Below are positions 12,801 through 24,800 of a stretch of 64,000 nt of DNA, piece after piece. This stretch comes from Squalus acanthias (taxonomy: Eukaryota). Where the stretch lies: contig CM059425.1 in the NCBI GenBank assembly GCA_030390025.1, positions 164,612,001 through 164,676,000 of the forward strand, written 5' to 3'. The notes beneath the pieces are model-generated. The model was not told the DNA's origin and did not search any database. It saw only the letters and a list, made by a program, of their open reading frames with translations. A program made the translations under genes and the position numbers. Within the stretch, counting starts at the first letter, position 1. Every line of letters begins with the position of its first letter.

Positions 12801-15800
12801 ATAACTGGCACAAAAGATCGCAGAATTTTAAGCGCAAATTGTGTTCAGCGCAACTCAAGTTTCTGTGATCTTTTGCGCTAGTCTTCAAAACATCGTGCTA
12901 GAATCAGGCCTCGTCCACAAAACTGGCCAGGCCCCCAGATTGAATGAATCACCATTGGGAGTTTCCGCTAATGGCGCTCATTTACAGGCCTTTGAGGACG
13001 CTCCAAAAATTAAGCTGGATCTTTTGGGCACAAGAACACTAACTGGTACATTTTGAAAGGTTTTGAATGAATTTTTTTAAAATTTACTCAAGAGCTGACT
13101 ACTGTACTCCCATCTAACTAGAAAATAGTTTTATATATTTTTTTAAAAGTCATTTTCAGTAATTTAAAATCGGGTTACTTCCAGTTGGTGGATTGACACT
13201 GCGATTTTAAATGCTTATTTTTTTGTGATTAAACCCATTTCCAGCTGAATTAATCAAACTTTACCAAGTTACCACTCTTAAATATATCAAGGAATATTTT
13301 TTAAAGCAAATTTTTTTTTTTGTAATTACTCTTTAAAACACTGCCCAATTGCGCTATTTCAAGGCAGATTTTGCATTTGGTGATATGCAAATGAGTTTGA
13401 GTGAAACTCTGGGTGGGGTGGGGGGAAGTACTTTTCAAAACGGGCGCAATTTGCGCCGGAATCACCGATTGCGCCCTAAACAGAAACTCTACCCACTGTA
13501 TTAGGGGGGAGAGGGGGAGAAACAGATACACAAAAAGAGAGGGACAGATGACCAGTTGTTAAGGATGGTTGGGGAGGAAGATAAGCACTACTGAAGAGAG
13601 CAGTTATAGATAAACTCTTGTGGGTGGGGAGGAAGGATGGTTGCTGTTCAGAGTTAATGCATCACTTTATAAAACACCTAATTCTCTGACTTGTTAGTAA
13701 AAAAGCATGAGAAATTTCCCTGTTCGGTAATAAAAATGCTTACAGCAATAAAAATAATTGTAATTTCTTGAGGTGACTTATAATAAGTCAACATCCACTT
13801 ATTTCTATTGTCTGATATATTAAATTAATAATGCCTGTGTAGGGGGTGGTGGTTTTGTGTCAGCTTTACCTCTGACTTCTGAGCGGTTCGAATCGCTCCC
13901 ACTCCCTTGGTTCTAGACCTTGGACTTATTTGGGGGTTGTGATACAAAGGTGCAGCAGACAACTGAGTTTGATGAAAGAACTTCAATCTTTATTAAAAGG
14001 TAAAACACAAATGACAACACTCTTAACACTCTAAAAGTGGGGAACACTTCAGTACAAGCGAGGGAAATAACATTAGAAGAATACTTCACCCCTCCCAATC
14101 CCACTTCACTAGCCAGGTTGGACTCTGGAGAACCAGGGATAATGCTCACCAAACGAATCCTTGACAGTTGAGAGTTAGGGTTTAGAGTCTTTTGAGTAAA
14201 AAGTTTCGTAAGGCCCTTGTTGCCGCGAGGTGTCTGATGGTCACTGGAACTGTTGCTCTGGTTTCTTCTTGCGTGTCGGCCTGCTTCTGGAGCTGTTGGC
14301 CTTCTTTGTTGAACTGCTTTCTGTTGAACTCTGCCTGTGTTTAAACTGTCTTCTTCCGAGCTGTGGAACTGCCTTCTTGCAGAACTGTAACTGTTGTGCT
14401 GGAGAACTAGAGAACTCCCTTCTTACTGAACTGTCTTCTTTAACTGCCCAACTTGCTTCTCCTGAACTCTGTAACTCCAGCACTGACTTCTGCTGAAAAC
14501 AGGCTTTCAAATTGAACTCGAAACTGCAGAACTGCCTTCTGTTGAACTTGAACTGTTGTTACCGGAGAACTTGTAACTGTTGTAACTGCTGAACTGGAGA
14601 ACTGTTGAGAACGGGCCTTTAATTATTGGAGGCCTCGTTAACAGTAACAACTTTACTAGCGTGTTAACTGGTTTTGTAAATGTGTGAAGTGGTTTCAGGA
14701 TAGCTCCATCCTGTTGATCTGTTGTTTAATCGGAGTTTGAATTGTCCTCATGTTTTGGGTTTCTTGACTGGGCCTGGGACTTCTATAGAATATTTGCTTT
14801 ATGCATGTCTTTAATGGGTTCTGTAAACAGTTTTGATGGGGCCTGTTGTTTTGGGTGGGACTGTCTTCTCCTAGGGTCTATTGTCAAAATGTTAATGCTT
14901 GCTGGGGCTTTGAGTGAGGTCATCCCAGTTCCCCAGACAATGCAATTAACTGCAATACCCAAAACTGCTTTTACAGAGGTTGACCCCACTTTTTGTTCCT
15001 TTACAGGCCCAGACATGTTTTAAAATGCCAAAACTTGGTTTTTGGTCTTCCAGTCTCTTAGGTTAGGCCCAAATGCATTATTATCACTCTGAGGTAGTTC
15101 CAAAGTCCTTTTTCCTTAGGTTTTGGGGATCTGTAAATTTTGGAAACCTTACACCTGTAAGGACTTCACAGAACCCTTTGGGTAACTGAAATATTGGCCC
15201 GTATTTTCCAATCGGAGGCTTCCTGCGTGCGGAGGCCTCCGATTTGGAAAAAATCTACGCCCTTACCTGAGGGCTCCGGAGGTCCGGACATTTCTGCACC
15301 TGGGCCTCTCCATGACGAAATGTGCAGGGCCCAGGTACCCCAGGGGCGCATGCGGTTTGCAAGCGTCCCTGGGATCACGTGGGCCATGGGGAACCAATGA
15401 AAGAAGGGAATCCCCCTTCATACTTTTGACGGGCTTAGACCCGTCAAAAGTATGAATGGAGATTACTCCAAAAACACATCAAAACATTAAATAATTTTTT
15501 TTTAAATCACGTTTTTAAAATTAGTTAAAATTACATTAAATTAAATATTTTAAACAAAAATTTAATTTTTTGAAAAAGAAATTAAAGTTTTTTACGGGGC
15601 TAAAAATAAACTTACCTTTTTTTAAAGTATTTTTAAATTATAAATGAGTGAAATTTTTTTACTTTTTTAAACTCTTATGCTGGTAAAAGCAGGCCTTGCG
15701 CCTGCTTTTACCAGGCGTAAGATTTTTAAAGGATTTCAGCGGGCGGAGGTTCTGCAGAAAGTGGAACTCTCCCCCCACAGAGGCCCTTCTCCAGGGCAGG

Positions 15801-18800
15801 CGTCCGATCTGTCAAGAGGATTCTTGACAGATCGGAAGTGCTGGTTTTCAGCGCATGCGCTACGCATTCCTGAAACCGGCACTTGCGAGGTCCCTACAGG
15901 TATGTACACAGCTCGTACACACCCGTAGGCATCGGAAATTACGGGCCATTATAAAGATAAACAAGATATTCGAAATGATGAAGGGCCTAGCTAGACTGCG
16001 TCTGTGTGAACAGGCTATTTAAACTAGATCGGTTAAGGCATACGAGGGGTCATGCATATAAGCTATGTAAGCATAGATCTAGCTAGATGTCAGGATTTTT
16101 TTTTAAAGTAGAGGGTTATCGACACTTGGATTAAGTTATCGACTTGTGTGGTGAGTGGGGATTTGCTACAACAGTTCAGAAAGGAACTGGATGCGTTCCT
16201 TGTTGTGGCTAAATATCTTTGCATACAAAAGGTAGGTGGGATGTTTGGTATGTGACTCGTGGTCACTGTGATCTCCTCAACTCGTTTTGATTGTCTTTCC
16301 CAGAGTTTCCAGGATTTTTGTTCCCTGAATTGGCCTAGGGTTTTTTATCTTTTTTTTGCCTCTCCCAGATGATTACATGGCTGCTTATGGGAGAGAAAAC
16401 TGGGAGTCATGCTTTTAAAAAAAAAAATTTGTTTTATGGGATGTGGGCGTCGCTGGCAAGGCCAGCATTTATTGCCCATCCCCAATTGCCCTTGAGATGT
16501 TGGTGGTGAGCCGCCTTCTTGAACCGCTGCAGTCCGTGTGGTGAAGGTACTCCCACAGTGCTGTTAGGTAGGGAGTTCCAGGACTTTGACCCAGCGACGA
16601 TGAAGGATCAGCGATATACTTCTAAGTCAGGATGGTGTGTGACTTGGAGCGGAACTTGGAGGTGGTGGTGTTCCCATGTGCCTGCTGCCCTTGTCCTTCT
16701 AGGTGGAAGAGGTCGCATGTTTGGGAGGTGCTGCCGAAGAAGCCTTGGCGAGTTGCTGCAGTGCATCTTGTAGATGGTACACACTGCAGCCACAGTACGC
16801 CGGTGGTGGAGGGAGTGAATGTTTAAGGTAGTGGATGGGTTGCCAATCAAGCGGGCTGTTTTGTCCTGGATGGTGTCGAGCTTCTTGAGTGTTGTTGGAG
16901 CTGCACTCATCCAGGCAAGTGGAGAGTGTTCCATCACACTCCTTACTTGTGCCTTGTAGATGGTGGAAAGGCTTTGGGGAGTCAGAAGGTGAGACACTCG
17001 CCGCAGAATACCTAGCCTCTGACCTGCTCTTGTTGCCACAGTGTTTATGTGGCTGGTCCAGTTAAGTTTCTGGTCAATGGTAACCCCCAGGATATTGATG
17101 GTGGGCGATTCGGTGATGGTAATGCCGTTGAATGTCAAGGGGAGGTAGTTAGACTCTCGCTTGTTGGAGATAGTCATTGCCTGGCACTTGTGTGGCGCGA
17201 ATGTTACCTGCCACTTATCAGCCCAAGCCTGAACATCTTCCAGGTCTCGTTGCATGCGGGCATGGACTGCTTCATTATCTGAGGATTTGTGAATGGTGCT
17301 GAACACTCTGCAGTCATCAGCGAACATCCACATTTCTGACCTTATCTTGGAGGGAAGGTCATTGATGAAGCAGCTGAAGATGGTTGGGCCTATGACACTG
17401 CCCTGAGGAACGCCTGCAGCAATGTCCTGGGGCTGTGATGATTGACCTTCAACCACCACAACCATCTTCCTTTGTGCTAGGTATGACTCCAACCAGTGGA
17501 GCGTTTTCCCCCTGATTCCCATTGACTTCAGTTTTACTAGGGCTCCTTGATGCCACACTCAGTCAAATGCTGCCTTGATGTCAAGGGCAGTCACTCTCAC
17601 CTCACCTCTGGAATTCAGCTTTTTTGTCCATGTTTGGACCAAGGCTGTAATGAGGTCGGGAGTCGAGTAGTCTTGGCAGAACTCAAACTGGGCATCATTG
17701 AGCAGGTTATTGGTGAGTAAGTGCCGCTTGATAGCACTGTCGATGACACCTTCCATCACTTTGCTGATGATTGAGAGTAGACTGATGGGGTGGTAATTGG
17801 CCAGATTGGATTTGTCCTGCTTTTTGTGGACAGGATATACCTGGGCAGTTTTCCACATTGTCGGATAGATGCCAGTGTTGTAGCTGTACTGGAACAGCTT
17901 GGCTAGAGATGCGGCTAGTTCTGAAGCACAAGTCTTCAGCATGATAGCCGGGATGTTGTCGGGGCCCATAGCCTTTGCTGTATCCAGTGCGCTCAGCCGT
18001 TTCTTGATATCACGTGGAGTGAATCGAATTGGCTGAAAACTGACTTCTGTGATGGTGGGGACCTCGGGAGTAGGCCGATATGGATCATCCACTCTGCACT
18101 TCTGGCTGAAGATGGTAGCAAACGCTTCAGCCTTGTCTTTTGCACTCACGTGCTGGGCTCCACCATCATTGAGGATGATGATTCATTTGACTGTTTGGGG
18201 CTGGCTTGATGGACCAATTTTTCCTGTCTGTCTTCTCGTATGTTCATATTTTTACTCCTCGTGCTAGTCCACTAACCAGTGGATTAATTGAATTCATAAC
18301 TTGCCACAGGGGGATTTAAACTCTCAATCTGTCGGGTGCTAGACCATTACCATTACCATTACACTACTATACGCTATGTAAAATGAGATTAGCATTGTTG
18401 TTGTTCCATACTTTATACAGTCACTTTAATAAAGGACATAAAAAATAAGGCCTGGAAATTGGATTGGCAATAGAATTGGCATAATACGGGCTCCCAGATG
18501 TCCAATATGGCAGGTGGCAGGCGTGCTTACAATCCATGCTGCAAGTGCGCCGCCCACCATATTGGTAAAGGCTCATGCATAAGTGCCCAGGGCGCATACA
18601 TAAAACAGGCATTGTGCAACTGAGGGCCTGACGCATGTTTGAAGCGGCCTTTACAAAATTTGTTCGTGACTGACCACAGTCCGTGTACGCTGCGGTCAGT
18701 ATACTCGGGTGCTTGGCAGCCGAACCAGCCATCTTTACAGGGACCACTGGAGGCTGCCACCGGAAAGTTAAGTTCCTGTGGTCCTGCCATTGGCTTCCTT

Positions 18801-21800
18801 CGGCGCGTGCGCTGCGCGGGATTCGGGCGCCATCCACTTTCTAGGCCAGGGATCACAAATAGAAGAGTTTGTCACTTTTTGTGTGTTTCGTGATCACTGA
18901 CTTAAAATACACACTGGAATTTGGAAATCTGTTAAATCTAGGATTTGGAGATGAACATATAAATCCTGAAGCCCTGAAGGAGATGATGTCCTTCAAATAA
19001 AGCTAAATAAGTTCTGAAGACTTCCCATTCTGTCATATAATTGTTTCCTGAGTATGCAGGCATCTGACTTTTATTTGTGAATCTTGTATTCCAACAGGTG
19101 TCTATATATGCTGCTCCAGATAAGTGGAATCAAACACATTATGCACTGGAGGCAGCAGTGAAACTATTGGAGTTTTATGAACGTTACTTCAATATCTACT
19201 ACCCACTCCCAAAGCAGGGTAAGTCGAGCACAAGTCTTCAATATAGATACGAAGGAAAGGATATTGTACTATCAGGTCAAGCAGGTTCGAAGGTGGAGGG
19301 AGAATTGGAGCCAGGAAAGGGGAGGGGGACGAGGGAAGAGGAATGGGTGGAGGAGAGGGGGACATGGGAAGGGGGATTGGATAAGGGAGCAAAGGCTGAC
19401 AAACTAAAAGAGGGTATTCCTGGTCAGTATCTGATCCCTTCAGTGAATACACTTCAAAAGTACTTCATTGGCTGTAAAGCGCTTTGGGCGTCCTGAGGTC
19501 GTGAAAGACGCTATATAAATGCAAGTTCTTCCTTTCTTTTAAAGTGCCAGGGAACATTTTGCTATATTAAAAGTGCCAAAATAAGTGTAATTTGTTGAAT
19601 ACAGTTTCTCTTTAAGATCTTACATTTTGTGATATTGTGAGAATTGTACTTGTTATTAATACAAAATGTAAATGAAATAGAGTGTTAGAAATAATACGAT
19701 GAGAAATGTTCTATTTTTAGATCTAGTTGCGATCCCTGATTTTCAGTCAGGAGCCATGGAGAACTGGGGTTTAACAACTTACAGGGAGACATCTCTACTC
19801 TATCATCCTAAAACTTCCTCAGCATCAGATAAACTGTGGATTACCATGGTGATAGGTCATGAACTGGCTCATCAGGTATTGTCTGTCTCATGTAATGTGC
19901 ATTGAATAAGACTTCATTAATTTATTGCATGCTAGTTGGCTTCATAATTCCACCAAATACAGTATCTAATACATAAGAGTTGACAAAGGTCATTGTCTAT
20001 TATGCAATTACAGCTCCATTATAAATTTGTATTGTGTGTTAATCAAGATCAATAACAGCTTCACTCAAAAGATTATTGGTCCAGACCACAGATTCATTAT
20101 GTACCTGTTCAGGTTTTGGTTACTGTTTTGGCATTAAAGGATATCCAAAATGTTCCAAGGGAACTACTTGTAAAAAGGCTCAACAGGTTTCAGATAAATA
20201 GTGTAGATCCGTCACCACCTTCTAGCTATTGAAAATGCTATCTGTGCAGTCTGAATATTCCAAGCATGTAGATCACACTCCTGTAATTTAACTTTATGCG
20301 TCTGTTATAATATAGGAGAAAATATCCAGTTTCCCAAAAGCACTTTGCTTGTAGAATTGCTTTACCACTCGTGTAGCTAGCATTTGGTAGTTGTGAAAAT
20401 TGGAGCCATGGTACGAATGTTCTTAACCCAAGGTGCTGAAGCTACTTGTAGCACTGCTATTACCAGATAATTCATCACAGACTAGGGATTGAACCGTGGG
20501 CCCATCTGCTCTATACAGCTAGGTTATTCACTGAATAAACTTGCTGAGCCATATTTTATAAAAGTCGTGAAATGCCTGTACTCTTATAAGTTGAATTAAC
20601 ATCTGTAACATAGCATCCATTGCCAATATTAATTTGAGATAAACTTGTTATGCATGTTACAACAAATACCATGTAACACAAAAGAAGAACTAATCAGTAA
20701 CTAAAGCCCCGATAATAACTCCGAGGCGGGAAGAGAACGGTGGGGGAAGGATTGCGGACAGGAAGTCAGGAAGTAAGGGTTTCTCACAGGTCCTGCTGAA
20801 TTTAACGGCAGGACGTCTTTTACATATTTTCAACAGGCTTCCTGCCCACAGCTAGCCTGATTGACAGGCTGTCTGCTTGTCGGGCAGGAATGCAGCCGAG
20901 CGCGAAAGAGGTCTGCAGGGTTTGGATCGGGGAGAGATCGGGGTCTTCGGGGTTTGGATCAGGGGATCGGGGAGAGATCGGGGTCTTCGGGGTTTGGATC
21001 AGGGGATCGGGGAGAGATCGGGGTCTTCGGGGTTTGGATCAGGGGATCGGGGAGAGATCGGGGTCTTCGGGGTTTGGATCAGGGGATCGGGGAGAGATTG
21101 GGGTCTTCGGGGTTTGGATCAGGGGATCGGGGAGAGATTGGGAGGGGTGCGGTGGGGTTGGGGCGTATTCGGGGTCTTCGGTGTTTAGAATCTGTATGTT
21201 ATTACACCATAGCCATTACTAGAGAGATGGGTATGTAGTCCTTTTAAGAACCCTTGTGTTTCACATTTGAAATTAGAAGCACGACCGTGGAAATATTAAC
21301 TAATATCCATCTGCCCAGTGGAGATTCACAGTACATCATTTCAATAATTATCTAATTAGAATTGAAGATTTTTTTTAAATGCTCATTGGATGCCCTAATG
21401 AATATCTTATGATTTTTTTTAGTGGTTTGGTAACTTGGTGACTATGGAGTGGTGGAATGACATCTGGCTGAATGAAGGCTTTGCCAGGTACATGGAGTTT
21501 GTCTCTGTCGATGCCACCTATCCAGAGCTGCAAGTTGTGAGTAAACCTTTCTCACTATTGGTCACTTTATTGCAGGACATCTGGCTCTGTTTCATTCTTT
21601 CTTTTAATATTGGATCTTTACAGGATGATTATTTTTTGAACACATGTTTTGGAGCAATGGGAAGAGATTCAATGAATTCATCACGCCCCATATCCGCATC
21701 GGCAGAAAATCCAACTCAGATAAAGGAAATGTTCGATACCGTCTCTTATGACAAGGTATTTAGGGTAGTTACTAGTTACTACGAGTGTGTTGTCTAATGA

Positions 21801-24800
21801 CACAGACTTTGAAACATGAAGGTGGCTTATTGCCAGCCTTTGGTGATATCTTTAACTATTGCTGCTCGTCAAACTAATATCCTCACAGACATTGTTGGAT
21901 AGAAGGACACTACATCCCACACAATATGTAAGCAATATTGTATCAAAAATTCCAATATGTAGTCTACATTCGTTAAGAGTATCAGCTGAATCTCCCCTCC
22001 CCCCATCCTAACATAGATACATAGATACATAGAAGATAGGAGCAGGAGTAGGCCATCCGGCCCTTCGAGCCTGCTCCGCCATTTAATGAGATCATGGCTG
22101 ATCCTTCAATTCAGTATCCCGTCCCCGCCTTCTCTCCGTAACCCTTAACCCCTTTTGCCTGTAGAAATATATCTAATTCCCTCTTAAATATATTTAATGA
22201 GCTGGCGTACACTGCCCTCTGTGGCAATGAGTTCCACAGGTTCACCACTCTCTGAGTGAAGAAATTCCCCCTCATTTCTGTCCTAAATGGTTTAGCCCTT
22301 ATCCTTAAATTATGTCCTCTAGTTCTGTTCTCACCCGCCAAGGGAAACATTCCTTCTGCATCTAATCTGTCTAGACCTGTCAGAATTTTATACACTTCTA
22401 TGAGGTCCCCTCTCAATCTTCTAAACTCCAGTGTGTACATCCCTAAACTACATAGTCTCTCCTCATAGGTCAATCCCGCCATTCCTGGTATCAGCCTGGT
22501 GAATCGCCGCTGCACCCCCTCCATGGCAAGAACATCTTTCCTCAGATGAGGCGACCAAAACTGTACACAGTACTCGAGGTGTGGTCTCACCAGTGCCCTG
22601 TACAGCTGCAGCAAGGTATCCCTGTTCCTGTATTCCAACCCTTTTGCTATGAAGGCCAGCATACCGTTTGCCTTCTTGACCGCCTGTTGCACCTGCATGC
22701 TCGCCTTCAGTGACTGGTGTACAAGAACACCCAGGTCTCTCTGTACTTCCCCCTCTCCCAATTTATTGCCATTTAAATAATAATTTGCCCTCCCGTTCCT
22801 GCACCCAAGGTGGATAACTTCGCACTTGTCCACATTATAGTGCATCTGCCATTTATCCGCCCAATCACCCAGTCTGTCCAAATCGCTCTGGAGCTTCCTG
22901 GTCTCCTCCTCTGAGCCCACCCCCCCTCCTAGTTTAGTGTCGTCTGCAAATTTGGAAATGCTGCATTCGACTCCCTGATCCAGGTCATTAATATAAATTG
23001 TGAACAGCTGGGGACCCAGGACAGATCCCTGTGGTACCCCACTTGTTACTGCCTGCCATTCAGAAAATGAGCCGTTTATTCCAACTCTCTGTTTTCTATC
23101 TGACAGCCAGTTCTCTATCCACGTCAATACTTTCCCCTTTATCCCATGAGCTTCAATTTTCCATGCTAATCTTTTATGTGGGACCTTATCGAAGGCCTTT
23201 TGGAAGTCCAGGTACACCACATCTACTGGCTCTCCCCCATCTATTTTACCAGTTACTCCCTCAAAAAATTCCAATAGATTAGTCAAGCACGATTTACCCT
23301 TTGTAAATCCATGTTGACTCTGTCCTATCCTGTCCCCATTTGCTAAGTGCTCGGCTATTTCATCCTTAATGATGGACTCCAGCATTTTGCCCACAACTGA
23401 TGTAAGGCTTACAGGTCTGTAATTACCTGCTTTTTCCCTACCCCCCTTTTTGAATAGTGGGGTAACGTTAGCTACCCTCCAATCCATGGGCACTGTTCCC
23501 GAGTCTAATGAATTCTGAAAAATCATGCTTAGTGCATCCGCTATCTCTAGGGCCACCTCCTTCAGTACCCTAGGATGCATGTTATCAGGCCCTGGGGATT
23601 TGTCCGCCTTCAATCCCTTTAGCTTCCTTAACACCATATCCTTAGAGATATTGATTTGCGTCAGTTCCTCCTTTGCCAATGTCCCTATTTTTCCCGATAT
23701 CCCAGGGAGGTTTTTTGTGTCTTCCTTCGTAAAGACTGACCCAAAGTATGCATTTAGTTGGTCTGCCATTTCCTTATTTCCCATTATATATTCCCCCGTA
23801 TCTGACTGCAATGGACCAACTTTGGTTTTCACCAGTCTTTTCCTCTTGATATACTTATAAAAGCTTTTGGAGTTAGTTTTTATATTTTCCGCCAGCTTGC
23901 TTTCGTAAGCTATTTTGCCCTTCTTGATTAAGCCCTTTGCCCTCCTTTGCTCTATCTTAAACTGTTCCCAATCTTCCGCTCTGGCGCGTTTTTTGGCTAT
24001 TTTATACGCCCTATCTTTGGATTTTATGCTGTCTCTAATTTCCCCTGTTATCCACACATTAGATGTACCATTTATGTCTAAGGTTTAAAAGATGCCTAAA
24101 TTAGATCACCTTTGTCCCACACACTCAAGTCCTAGTTATACTGATGGCCAACCGAGCCAAATCAATCACAGCAGGACCACCGTACAACACTGAATGGTGC
24201 AATTAACTCCTACTTCCCAGCGTCCTCAAAGATGAAGTTGGACACAACGTTGTATAATTTAACACTACTTGATTTAACAACATTTATAATAACACAATTA
24301 ATTCAAGGATAAGTAATAAGGATTATGGTAAAATGTTTGGATATTTCCCATCAGTCAGAAGAACCTAAATAAACAAAGGCACAAATGTAATTTGGGTGTA
24401 TCTCAATATTGGTGCAATAGCTAAGTGTTCCTTAGTATAAAGAAAGTTATCTTCAATGTTCGAGATTACATTATGGTTTACAATTTGTATGCATGTATCA
24501 ATGGTAAGTTCCAGTATTAAGGCTCTTTTGATATGAACATAAGAAGGATGAGTTCTCTTTTTGGAATGGGTTGTCTGCTTTGGCCTTGTGTGGTTTGCTT
24601 TCCTCTGGGGTAGTCGGGCTGCACCTCTGGGGGATGCCTGCAGAAAGTCATTGTCTGTGGTCACTGTCTTTTTTTTTCAGTTGTCTTCTCTTCCTAGCTT
24701 AACTAACCTTTCAACTAACAACAGATAACTTGCTACAACAGGAGAGATTGTATATGGTCTGTTCATATCAAAGCGGGTTAGCTTTCATACTGGAACTTAT

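Noticed and set aside
20919..21183. CRISPR-like regular array and three overlapping repetitive ORFs
   Set aside because: Units are contiguous with no unique spacers, no cas genes, eukaryotic intron; the ORFs are by-products of a stop-free repeat.
22111..24057. 648-aa open RT ORF as a domesticated gene or autonomous element
   Set aside because: It is a 5'-truncated CR1 with its own tail, no endonuclease, ORF1 or true ATG start; youth explains the open frame.
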